Below, in pieces: positions 9,346 to 17,711 of a DNA stretch of 24,156 nucleotides. Location: IMG/VR virus record IMGVR_UViG_644736359_000007; one strand, 5' to 3'. The notes under the pieces are model-generated. The model saw only the letters and a program-made list of their open reading frames with translations, was not told where the DNA came from and ran no database searches. The first letter of the stretch is position 1. Each line of letters opens with the position of its first letter. The DNA is from a virus (Duplodnaviria; Heunggongvirae; Uroviricota; Caudoviricetes). The position numbers were made by a program, and so were the translations under genes.

Positions 9346-9876
9346 TTATCCGGGATAAACAGTAATAACATCACCATCACAGACCACACCGCCTGTATAC
9401 AGATAGCCGGGAATGTCCTGGATAATGTTCAGACCGATAAGGTGGCGACTTGCGGGTTTGGCATCGGCAATCAGCCGTTCCATTTCCAGATACATCTCCT
9501 CCGTGATGCCGCTTTCCAGTACGCCGATATCAAGGCGGAAGGTTCCGGGCGGGTCGTTTGTCTCCCACCATTCCTTTACGTTAATTAGATAGCCTAGCGG
9601 CTCCACCACACGCCGGATTGCACCTATAGTGCCTTTATGACAGTGGATGAAATACGCATCGCGGATAACGGCGCGTTTTGTCGCTTCCGGCCACTTTTCA
9701 TCCCATCTGTCGACCGAAAACGCCCACGCCAGCCACGGCAGCAGATTTGCCGGGCAGGTGTCCGGGTTCCACAGCTCACGAATACTGACCGGTGTTTTTT
9801 CAATTTCCGCACAGGCTTTTGCGGCGGCGACCTCAAGCGGTGATGAGCCGGTCGGCAGCAGTCGCGAATCACTCAT
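9346..9876 (-). CDS. I: Baseplate assembly protein I
   Basis: 176-aa product with P2 gpI length and sequence character; gene order J-I-H conserved. Confidence 0.85.
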   Translation of the reverse strand: MSDSRLLPTGSSPLEVAAAKACAEIEKTPVSIRELWNPDTCPANLLPWLAWAFSVDRWDEKWPEATKRAVIRDAYFIHCHKGTIGAIRRVVEPLGYLINVKEWWETNDPPGTFRLDIGVLESGITEEMYLEMERLIADAKPASRHLIGLNIIQDIPGYLYTGGVVCDGDVITVYPG

Positions 9877-10777
9877 CCGAGCCTCCGGTCACGACGCGGT
9901 ATTCAGTACAGAAAGACGCCTGCGTGCTGTTAAGCACGATATCGGCCAGCGGTGCAGCCAGTTCGACACGCTGCACGCCTTCCACATGCAAAGCGGCATA
10001 AATGGCAGACAGACGGATGTCGCGCCCCAGCCGGTGCTGTGCCGTGATGTACGCTTCCAGTTTTTTCACGGCAGCAGCGCGGATGGGTTCGCTTTCGGGA
10101 CCAGGGTAAAGGTAAAGCGTGGCGTTTATCTGGTATTCAACAATGGCGGCAGACTGCACGGTCACGCGGTCGGCCACCGGTCTGACGTCCTCGCCATTCA
10201 GGGCGTTACGCACCACCGCCAGCAGGTCTTCGGATGCGACACCGTTATTCTCACGTGACAGCACAGAGATGGTGACGCAGGCCGGAGACGGACTGGTGAC
10301 AGAGATATCCGCGACACGCCCGTCAGCACTGCGACCATGATACTGATAGGCACCCACCGACCCGGCGACGCTTAAACCTTCAAACGCCTGCTGAATACGC
10401 AGACGATAATCGGTATCAGATTCCATCACTGCCGGTGTCGGCGGGATAGTCGAATTATCTGCCGGGGTGATAGTCAGACGCGTGGTGTTGTAATTGGCAC
10501 CAATCACATCAAGGTCATTACCCGCGGCACAGGCCAGCATCACCGCCCGTGCGGCCTCATTCACACGCTGACGCCAGATAAGCTCACGATAAGCATTTTC
10601 CTCCAGCAATTTGACGAGAGGCTCGGATTCCAGCGTCAGGGTACGGGCGACCGCCTCCTGCTGGGCTTCCGGGTAAAGGGAAATCAGTGTCGCCTTGCGT
10701 TCGGCGAGAATGGTTTCAAAGTCCAGCTCCTCGACCACATCCGGTGCGGGTAGCTGGTTCAGGTCGATAATCGGCAT
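9869..10777 (-). CDS. J: Baseplate assembly protein J
   Basis: 302-aa product (P2 gpJ length); 8-nt overlap with I as in P2. Confidence 0.85.
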   Translation of the reverse strand: MPIIDLNQLPAPDVVEELDFETILAERKATLISLYPEAQQEAVARTLTLESEPLVKLLEENAYRELIWRQRVNEAARAVMLACAAGNDLDVIGANYNTTRLTITPADNSTIPPTPAVMESDTDYRLRIQQAFEGLSVAGSVGAYQYHGRSADGRVADISVTSPSPACVTISVLSRENNGVASEDLLAVVRNALNGEDVRPVADRVTVQSAAIVEYQINATLYLYPGPESEPIRAAAVKKLEAYITAQHRLGRDIRLSAIYAALHVEGVQRVELAAPLADIVLNSTQASFCTEYRVVTGGSDE

Positions 10778-10781
10778 GGTT

Positions 10782-11129
10782 TCAACTCACAGGGATGGTT
10801 AACGAAAGTGGCTGGCCGGTGTCGTTGTGCTGGCCGGTTAAGGTGACCGTCATTCGCCCGTCAAAACTGCGCTCAGTGGTGACGGATGACAGGGTGACGC
10901 GGGGTTCCCATTTCAGCACCGCCATGTAACAGGCGACCTTAATCTGCAACTCAAGCGCCGGGGTCTGCGGCTGGTCAATCATTGACGCCAGCAACGAGCC
11001 GTAATCACGACGCATCACCCGCGAGCCGACCGGTGTGCGCAGGATATCGCCGATACTCTGGCTGATATGCTCAAGGTCAGTGACAGTCAGGCCATCACTG
11101 CAATTCATTCCGAGATAACGCGCTGTCAT
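10782..11129 (-). CDS. W: Baseplate protein W (gp25-like)
   Basis: 115-aa product (P2 gpW length); position between V and J. Confidence 0.85.
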   Translation of the reverse strand: MTARYLGMNCSDGLTVTDLEHISQSIGDILRTPVGSRVMRRDYGSLLASMIDQPQTPALELQIKVACYMAVLKWEPRVTLSSVTTERSFDGRMTVTLTGQHNDTGQPLSLTIPVS

Positions 11130-11761
11130 AGAGGGCTCCCGGTTGTGCCGCCGCTGTCGCCGGGGTGTTTATGGGTATGCAGTACCTTACCGTTTGATGA
11201 GAGTTCACCGCCGGTGTGTTCAATGTTGCCGCGCATCGTCCCGCCCTTCTGCACTTCCAGCGTGCCGGTAATCAGCCTGTTGGTGCAAACCACCTCCGGT
11301 GTGTCCAGGGTGACGCGGGTTGATGCTTTCACCATGACCACCGGCACCGTGGCAGTAACAGAATCAGAAGCCGTCACGCTGGCCGTTTTAATTCCGCTTA
11401 CCGTGAGTGCACTGGTTTCGGGTTCATACTCAATCACCGCCCCGTCAGGGAAACGGATATGCAGGGCATCCGCCGACGCAGACGGCGCGGGGTTATCGCC
11501 GGAATAAATCCCCGGCAGAACGAACGCCGTGTCGAGTTCACCGCCCACAGCCAGAATCAGCACCTGTTCCCCCACGGAAGGTGCCCACCATGTGCGCGAA
11601 CGTCCGGCACGATGGGTCAGCCACTGAAGCCAGTCAGTGCACATGCCACCGGTCTGCACACGGCAGCGACCGGCTTTAAGGTTGGTTTCGACGACAAGGC
11701 CGGTACGAATCATGTTGCGCAGTGCGCGCGCGAGTTCCTGAATATTTGCGAGAGTGTTCAT
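11126..11761 (-). CDS. V: Baseplate spike protein V
   Basis: 211-aa product starting MNTLANIQELARALRNMIRTGLVVETNLKAG...; start chosen at ATG 11761 to match P2 gpV; ATGA-type overlap with W. Confidence 0.85.
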   Translation of the reverse strand: MNTLANIQELARALRNMIRTGLVVETNLKAGRCRVQTGGMCTDWLQWLTHRAGRSRTWWAPSVGEQVLILAVGGELDTAFVLPGIYSGDNPAPSASADALHIRFPDGAVIEYEPETSALTVSGIKTASVTASDSVTATVPVVMVKASTRVTLDTPEVVCTNRLITGTLEVQKGGTMRGNIEHTGGELSSNGKVLHTHKHPGDSGGTTGSPL

Positions 11762-11778
11762 GCGTGTGAGATTGCACA

Positions 11779-11827
11779 ATATATAAAAGTTATGCTATCT
11801 GGATTCATTTGTAGAACGACCATACAA
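11779..11827 (-). promoter_or_regulatory. Putative Ogr-dependent late promoter upstream of V (dyad TTGTA-N9-TACAA plus downstream -10-like TATATA)
   Basis: Partial dyad resembling the P2 late-promoter TGT...ACA element about 25 nt upstream of an AT-rich -10-like hexamer. Spacing differs by 1 nt from the consensus I recall. Confidence 0.35.
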
Positions 11828-11844
11828 CATTCGAGGAGAGCGTA

Positions 11845-12630
11845 ATGTTCAGTGATAATGTGACTAATGCGTGGTGGTTTATCTCTTTGTATCTATTTTT
11901 ATTAATAGCATTAACATTTATTACCTTTGGTAAAAGTAATCTTATGAGGTTTATTGCACATCATTTCAATTTTGAGTATTCAGACAGAAAGTTAAAAATG
12001 CTCGACAAAAAATGGCGCGACATTCAACTATTTAAAATAATTAACGGAATCAATGTATCAGGCATCGAAGATGTGAGAATGATACAGCAGGGGCTGATTG
12101 ATGGAAAACTAAAAACATCGTATTTTTTTCTTACTCGCTTCTGGGGTGACATAACAAAACCACCACACATAATTAAAACAATAATTGTAATTCTGTCCAG
12201 CATTATTTATATTCTCTTCGCATGTTATATACACAACAAACAATCCGCTATAGTAAGAGATGCCATAGGCATACCATATAAAAATATGATGTACTATGTT
12301 TATAGTGACAAAGTTCTTTTATCCTTCAACAATAAAACAGTTGAATTCAATAAAACTTATAGCCTTGCCGATTGCAAGAGGCTACGAAACATATTTATAA
12401 AAGACACACTTCCTGAGATCGCCTGCAATAAGCTCTTACAGCTAAACGAGGAGGACTCGGAATGGTTAAGTCAGGAAATTAAAGATAATAACAGCCAAAA
12501 AAAAGCATTATTAATAATATCCCTCATCTATTTCATTTCAGGTCTGGTTATATTCCTGTCATATACAAAATTCCTTTACGCCAATAAGAAGGTTGTAGAA
12601 TACAAAGCATCAAATAAAAATCACTCATAA
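11845..12630 (+). CDS. Hypothetical membrane protein (three predicted transmembrane helices), AT-rich cargo gene
   Basis: ATG with strong GAGGAG RBS; 261 aa with hydrophobic segments AWWFISLYLFLLIALTFITF, IIKTIIVILSSIIYILFACYI and ALLIISLIYFISGLVIFLSY; lysine/asparagine-rich; no homolog recognised. Confidence 0.6.
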   Translation: MFSDNVTNAWWFISLYLFLLIALTFITFGKSNLMRFIAHHFNFEYSDRKLKMLDKKWRDIQLFKIINGINVSGIEDVRMIQQGLIDGKLKTSYFFLTRFWGDITKPPHIIKTIIVILSSIIYILFACYIHNKQSAIVRDAIGIPYKNMMYYVYSDKVLLSFNNKTVEFNKTYSLADCKRLRNIFIKDTLPEIACNKLLQLNEEDSEWLSQEIKDNNSQKKALLIISLIYFISGLVIFLSYTKFLYANKKVVEYKASNKNHS

Positions 12631-12635
12631 GCCTC

Positions 12636-12672
12636 TAAACATTGAGCGACCAGCATGGCCGCTCAATGTTTA
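12636..12672. repeat. Perfect 13-bp inverted repeat (TAAACATTGAGCG ... CGCTCAATGTTTA) with 11-nt loop between convergent coding regions
   Basis: Seen directly in sequence; lies between the membrane-protein stop (12630) and the stop of the minus-strand fragment (12692); possible bidirectional terminator or rearrangement scar. Confidence 0.5.
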
Positions 12673-12694
12673 ATTGCGCATCAGCCTCTGCCTG

Positions 12695-12955
12695 GATAAA
12701 ACTAACGCTCAAGGTGAGCCAGGATAATCTCTTCAATCATCTGCACATCCTCACCGGTAAAGCCGAGCAGAGGACGCGCCGGATAATCAATTTTCTTACC
12801 GTCTTTCCGGGTTTCTTCCGACAGACCGAACTGATGCACACTGGCGATTTTCGGCGACTTTCCCAGCAGGATTTCAGCCGCTTTGTGCTGGATTTTCTGG
12901 TGTTCGGTAATGCGTTTCTGGAAAAGCGTTACAGCACCACCGGTAAGGTCATCAG
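12695..12955 (-). pseudogene. Orphan 3' fragment (87 codons) of an unidentified gene on the minus strand
   Basis: Minus-strand frame translates to GFQSDDLTGGAVTLFQKRITEHQKIQHKAAEILLGKSPKIASVHQFGLSEETRKDGKKIDYPARPLLGFTGEDVQMIEEIILAHLER-stop using preferred E. coli codons (CTG, CCG, GGT, CGT), whereas the overlapping + strand track ORF uses rare codons (AGG, CGG, ATA, CGA); no start codon; bounded upstream by an in-frame stop at the junction with the Q fragment. Confidence 0.5.
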
Positions 12956-12958
12956 ACT

Positions 12959-13616
12959 GGAAACCTCACCGGCAAAATATACCCGCCGTGGCGTGGAGGA
13001 GGATGTTTACTGGTGGGTGCCGTCCTTCAACGAACCGACAGCCTTCGCGCCCGGTTCCGTGTTTCACCTGCTGGAGCCCGATATTAATCAGGAGCTGTAC
13101 GGCCTGCCGGAATATCTCAGCGCCCTTAACTCTGCCTGGCTGAATGAGTCGGCCACGCTGTTCCGCCGCAAGTATTACGAAAACGGCGCACATGCCGGAT
13201 ACATCATGTACGTCACTGATGCCGTGCAGGATCGCAACGATATCGAAATGCTTCGCGAAAACATGGTGAAGTCGAAAGGCCGCAACAACTTTAAAAACCT
13301 GTTTCTCTATGCCCCACAGGGAAAAGCCGACGGCATTAAAATTATCCCGCTCAGTGAAGTGGCGACGAAGGACGATTTTTTTAATATCAAAAAAGCCAGT
13401 GCCGCAGACCTGCTGGACGCGCACCGCATCCCCTTTCAGTTGATGGGCGGCAAGCCGGAGAACGTCGGGTCGCTGGGTGATATTGAGAAAGTGGCAAAGG
13501 TCTTTGTCCGCAATGAGCTTATCCCGTTACAGGACAGGATCCGTGAGATAAACGGCTGGCTCGGTCAGGAGGTCATCCGCTTTAAAAACTACTCACTGGA
13601 CACTGACAACGGCTGA
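12959..13616 (+). pseudogene. Q: 3' fragment of portal (capsid vertex) protein gene Q
   Basis: C-terminal ~219 codons (…GLPEYLSALNSAWLNESATLFRRKYYENGAHAGYIMYV…RFKNYSLDTDNG) with good codon usage, ending next to cos as P2 Q does; the 5' ~125 codons and upstream gene P are absent. The 324-aa track ORF begins at a TTG and its first ~105 codons are non-coding read-through. Confidence 0.65.
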
Positions 13617-13620
13617 ACAT

Positions 13621-13644
13621 CGCCGCCTGCGGGCGGCTTTTTTA
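13621..13644 (+). terminator. Intrinsic terminator after Q
   Basis: GCCGCC-TGC-GGGCGGC hairpin followed by TTTTTTT, 5 nt after the Q stop. Confidence 0.6.
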
Positions 13645-13784
13645 CACCCCGTCATCACGCCCTCACACGCTCACCACCGCACAAAACACCCCGCAGACAC
13701 ACCAACGCCCCGGCGCACAATCTAAACGCCATCACGACGCGCTGAGACGCTAAAAAATAAAATCAGCACCACCGCCAGCGCGCA

Positions 13785-13803
13785 GTGCTTTCCCCGCCTC
13801 GCC
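13785..13803. other. cos site (19-nt P2-type cohesive end sequence)
   Basis: GTGCTTTCCCCGCCTCGCC is the reverse complement of GGCGAGGCGGGGAAAGCAC, the P2/186 cohesive end as I recall it; located between Q and the old/tin position as in P2. Confidence 0.7.
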
Positions 13804-13931
13804 CGCCCGCTTCATGGGGCGGTTTTAATGCGGTTGAATTTTATCGAAAGTCACGTCACACAAAACCTTCCCTTCACTAAATAGACTCATTATCCACATG
13901 CAATCTAATTCAAAAAAATGCATGTATAGTA

Positions 13932-15902
13932 TTAAAGGTCATCAATTAAACCTAAAGGCAAACCATCCTCACCAACCGAGCTATAATGAGCGATAATATT
14001 CGAAAGTTCACCAGTAGAAAACGAATTAGGCAAATCATTATCAACTAATATAATCTGGCACGGAACATTTTTTCTTTCTGCTTTTTGAACTGTATTCAAT
14101 AGTTGCTCATAAATATTTTGATACTTCATCGGGTCTGACATCCCCTCAAGGTCATCCTCGACTGCAAGAGTTTCTTTTGAGTATTTTTCCTTGGTCTGTT
14201 TCCCTAAATATTTACCAACCGTATCAAATATCAAAAGTAAAGGATGGTTAACATTATGGTCTATTGCATAATCAAGAATAGACAAAAGATACCCAATAGA
14301 AGAAATAGTTCTCAAACCTCCGGACGTTATTTTAAAATATTCCTTTCCTCTTATAACAGGGGTGTAATATCTTTCAGAGATTTTTATCCCCGTTCTGTTT
14401 TTGATATTAATACCCTTCAAATACTGACTAAATCTATCACCTAAACCTTGTAAAATGCCTTCCATACTAGGTGCGTTTTTCTTTAACGCATCCAAGCGTT
14501 CAGTTAATGTTTCAATATCTTTTATCAGTACCTGATGCTTTTCAAGCAGTTCCTCTTGCTGGTTTCTAACCTTCAAATCTTTTACTAACTGCTCCCTAAC
14601 CTTCTCGTTTTTTGATATCTCTTTAATATAAAAATCTCTCTGAGTCAAGAATGGTGTAATCATTGACTGGCTTTCTTCGTCAATTAACTCTCTCAACTCG
14701 TCAAGTTGTTCATCTAATTCTTTTTTATAACCAGATTCTTTTTTTAATTTAAATGACATTTCTGAGATCATGTCATTAATATTTCGTCTACGTCGACTAA
14801 GTGAATTCAACTCTTCATTAAGATCTTTTTCTGATGAAATTTCAAATGGAAAATCGGAATCATCTATTTTAATGTGGCTATCACAGATCGGACAGGAAAA
14901 TACTTCCTTATCCAATACACCAATGCGAGAATTTGCTGTTTTAATCGCTTTGAGTTTTTCAATATCATTATCATAGTCATTTTTTAACCGCGAATATTTA
15001 TCAATCTTATCCTCAAGCGTGCTAATATTTAATATGCACTCCTTGTATTTAAGCGAAATAAAATTGTGGGCATCTTTCAATTCTGTATACTGCATGGAAT
15101 CCGCTTTCATATTTTTATCGAGAGCAGACAAACCTGCAACAAGTTCTTCTAAAATAAGATCTATCCTATTAATCTCATCATCAATTGATTCAATTGTTTC
15201 ATAGTCTGTATCGCGAAGAAATTCAGATATTATCTGATACTTCTTATTTAGTTCCGTTACTAAACTACTTTTTGCAGATATTTCACCTTGGAGTCTGGCG
15301 ATGCTTTCATCCAACACATTGAACATGTATTTAAAAACTTCTTTCGTAAATGCGTAACGGGACCAATCCTCCAATCGTAAGAATGATTTACTACCAATAT
15401 CATCCTGACTTACATAAACAAATTTATATATATTTCTAAAGCTTAACCTGCGCATCTGTGAATGTGCTTTAGAAGGAGACACCTTAATTTCAATTTTTGG
15501 AAAATTAAGACTATCAAGTAAAAACTCCGAAAAAACGCCATCAACATTTGATAAGGGGCTATAATTAGGAGCGTATTTTTTCGGAAAGTGTTTATGTAAA
15601 TCATCAAACTTACAACGATAAACTTCTATTGATTTTTTATGATCATAGATATCTCTTACGATTGTGAATACAGTATCATTGATCACTACTTCAAGAGCAG
15701 CATAGTTTACTGATGTTTTTATTTCATCTGCTAAATCTATAGAACTAGCACCTAAAAGATAATTAATAAACTCCAGAATACTTGACTTACCTGTGTCAGA
15801 GTCTCCGTAGATAACATTGAGACCTTTATAAAAAGTAGTGACGTAGTTTTTACGAACGCCAACAAGAATCAAACTATTGATATTGAGATATGATTTCATC
15901 AT
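13932..15902 (-). CDS. Rad50/SbcC/SMC-like ABC ATPase with central coiled coil and CPxC zinc-hook motif (candidate LmuB-like)
   Basis: 656 aa; Walker A GDSDTGKSS (about 15781-15807); long heptad-like charged region; CPICD near the middle (about 14878-14892); ABC signature ITSGG (about 14311-14322); Walker B HPLLLIFD (about 14221-14250). AAGGAG RBS; start ATG 15902 or 15899; ATGA overlap with the upstream gene stop. Confidence 0.7.
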   Translation of the reverse strand: MMKSYLNINSLILVGVRKNYVTTFYKGLNVIYGDSDTGKSSILEFINYLLGASSIDLADEIKTSVNYAALEVVINDTVFTIVRDIYDHKKSIEVYRCKFDDLHKHFPKKYAPNYSPLSNVDGVFSEFLLDSLNFPKIEIKVSPSKAHSQMRRLSFRNIYKFVYVSQDDIGSKSFLRLEDWSRYAFTKEVFKYMFNVLDESIARLQGEISAKSSLVTELNKKYQIISEFLRDTDYETIESIDDEINRIDLILEELVAGLSALDKNMKADSMQYTELKDAHNFISLKYKECILNISTLEDKIDKYSRLKNDYDNDIEKLKAIKTANSRIGVLDKEVFSCPICDSHIKIDDSDFPFEISSEKDLNEELNSLSRRRRNINDMISEMSFKLKKESGYKKELDEQLDELRELIDEESQSMITPFLTQRDFYIKEISKNEKVREQLVKDLKVRNQQEELLEKHQVLIKDIETLTERLDALKKNAPSMEGILQGLGDRFSQYLKGINIKNRTGIKISERYYTPVIRGKEYFKITSGGLRTISSIGYLLSILDYAIDHNVNHPLLLIFDTVGKYLGKQTKEKYSKETLAVEDDLEGMSDPMKYQNIYEQLLNTVQKAERKNVPCQIILVDNDLPNSFSTGELSNIIAHYSSVGEDGLPLGLIDDL

Positions 15903-16264
15903 TTCTCCTTGAAGACTTTGTTTATAACAGAGTTTAACTTAGAGGTAGGCAATGCTTGTAGCGGTAACAATGCTTCGGCTAGTCGTTTTATTTCTTTAAA
16001 ATATCCATCAGTCAATGAGCTAGCAAATTCCTTACCTTTTTCAGATAAAAATAATTTAACACTCTCATTATTTTTTTTCTCAGCTGAGAGCAATCCCCGC
16101 AATGACATAATTTTTATAAGATATTTCACTTTGGAATTGTCGAATAAGATATCTACATTTGATGAAAAACTCTTTATTGTATAAGTTAACTGGGACTCGA
16201 CACAAGCAGGCTTTTTCCCCGAAACTGTAAGAGCACAATCAATTTTTGATGGATTTTTTATCAC
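15899..16264 (-). CDS. Small hypothetical protein encoded between the hydrolase and the ATPase (candidate LmuC-like accessory)
   Basis: 121-codon ORF (GTG start at 16264; alternative ATG at 16108 would give 70 aa); stop overlaps the ATPase start (ATGA), indicating translational coupling; AT-rich. Confidence 0.5.
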   Translation of the reverse strand: MIKNPSKIDCALTVSGKKPACVESQLTYTIKSFSSNVDILFDNSKVKYLIKIMSLRGLLSAEKKNNESVKLFLSEKGKEFASSLTDGYFKEIKRLAEALLPLQALPTSKLNSVINKVFKEK

Positions 16265-16399
16265 AGATACATAAAAATTTGTATTTTATTAATATCTAAT
16301 GACAACACTCCTTTTTTACTATGAGATAATATAGATATAGCAATGGCAAGCATAGCAAAATTCAAACTATACTCTTCATCAAGAGGTATATACGGCAAG

Positions 16400-17623
16400 T
16401 TATTTTTCTTCATGATTACCTCGCCGTAATTGCTCCAAAGTTTCTACGCTGGTTTCAGATGACCAGACAATATCCCTGTCATTTTTGTTAGCCAGTTGAT
16501 GCAACATTCCTTTCTTATGTATCGTTTCCAAACTTTTTATAAGAGAATCTAACGACGACTTATCCTCCTGGGTTATTCGTCTATGAACAGCAGCAATAAA
16601 TTTATCTGGGGAAATTGAATTTGCAATGTATTGCTCATACTCTTCCTGGTAAATCTCCCTTATTTTAGAATACAAATGACCAAGTTGTTTTCTATCGTAA
16701 TCACTCGTAAAAATATTTCTCGCAAGCTCAGCATTATAATAATATTCCTTTGCATGCAGAGCGATATCCTGATGTATATCTGCGACAATCATTTTTAAGA
16801 CGAAATACTCATTATCATATTGTTTATCATCAGAAAAACGCTCAACGCAAATCTTCTTGGGTGCTTCTAAATTTATCTGCTGAATAAATTGCTTTACCGC
16901 AACAAACACTGTAGACGAGCTATTTTCGGGCTTGCAAATTGAGCTATGCCCTTCATTAACTGCAATTGAGTTATGTCGTTCACTATCCATCGGTAATGCG
17001 CTTTTTTTATCGACTATAGTGTCATGAGATCCATAAACATATCTAGTGATAGGAAGTTTTTTGCTACAATTTATCCAGCGCCTATTCAATGTATCAGTCG
17101 CTTCACTTAACAATCCAAGATCTACTAACTGAGCATTTGAAGATACCATTGAAGTTATATTCGCTAATTTAGCACCAAAGTGAGGGACTGCTAACGAAAT
17201 GAATCCAATTATATTAGATTGTTCCTCATGCTCAACTTTTTTTAGAATTAGATTTTTTGATATTAACCCCCCCATACTATGGGCGATTATTATAATTCGA
17301 GAGTAATCACTTAGTGTTACTCTAATCTCAGTATACAATAACTCAGCTATTTCATCAGTTGGTAAATTTCTCTCTAACTTATTTTTCTTAAAGAAAATAC
17401 GAGCCAAGAATCCTGACGTTTTAGCATACGTTTGTGTGAATTTAGTAAAATAATTGAAACATGCAATATCAAATACGTTGCTAATATCTTCATCTTCTGC
17501 TAATAGTTTTGGAAATGAAATTTCTTTATTAAAGTTCCATGTTTCCAAACCACCATTTAATCCATGTACAAATAGTATCAGGCTATCTTTTTTCTCGTGG
17601 CTTATCCATTCAACCATGCTCAT
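16400..17623 (-). CDS. Alpha/beta-hydrolase (lipase/esterase-like) domain protein with a C-terminal helical domain (candidate LmuA-like effector)
   Basis: 407 aa; N-terminal LILFVHGLNGG and nucleophile-elbow IIIAHSMGGL (GXSXG-type, about 17267-17284), then candidate Asp (GSHDTIVD) and His (NEGHSSIC) in Ser-Asp-His order; C-terminal ~160 aa charged/helical; sigma70-like promoter (TTGTTT-N16-TATACA) just upstream. Confidence 0.7.
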   Translation of the reverse strand: MSMVEWISHEKKDSLILFVHGLNGGLETWNFNKEISFPKLLAEDEDISNVFDIACFNYFTKFTQTYAKTSGFLARIFFKKNKLERNLPTDEIAELLYTEIRVTLSDYSRIIIIAHSMGGLISKNLILKKVEHEEQSNIIGFISLAVPHFGAKLANITSMVSSNAQLVDLGLLSEATDTLNRRWINCSKKLPITRYVYGSHDTIVDKKSALPMDSERHNSIAVNEGHSSICKPENSSSTVFVAVKQFIQQINLEAPKKICVERFSDDKQYDNEYFVLKMIVADIHQDIALHAKEYYYNAELARNIFTSDYDRKQLGHLYSKIREIYQEEYEQYIANSISPDKFIAAVHRRITQEDKSSLDSLIKSLETIHKKGMLHQLANKNDRDIVWSSETSVETLEQLRRGNHEEK

Positions 17624-17711
17624 ATGCTTTTCTGCCGTGTATAAAAATTAAACCATAACAAACAATTCCTCAACAATAACATATTGTTACCCCGTTCAAC
17701 CGTTTTTTCAA

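Noticed and set aside
8601-9365. 254-aa + strand ORF overlapping tail fibre gene H
   Set aside because: Antisense to a well-supported gene, with a low-complexity R/H/C-rich translation; typical shadow ORF in GC-rich coding DNA.
9647-10258. 203-aa + strand ORF overlapping genes I and J
   Set aside because: Antisense shadow ORF within conserved baseplate genes.
12642-12958. 5' part of the 324-aa + strand ORF (TTG start) as the portal N-terminus
   Set aside because: It uses rare codons (AGG, CGG, ATA, CGA) and translates to an implausible R/F/L-rich sequence, while the opposite strand reads as a well-formed protein tail; treated as read-through into a junction.
12966-13424. 152-aa minus-strand ORF inside the Q fragment
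   Set aside because: Antisense to the portal fragment, which has the better codon usage and conserved C-terminus.
17624-17711. Intrinsic terminator immediately downstream of gene A
   Set aside because: The T-run is associated with a direct rather than inverted repeat (CCGTT...CCGTT), so no stable hairpin forms; read-through from A into the defence-like operon remains possible.
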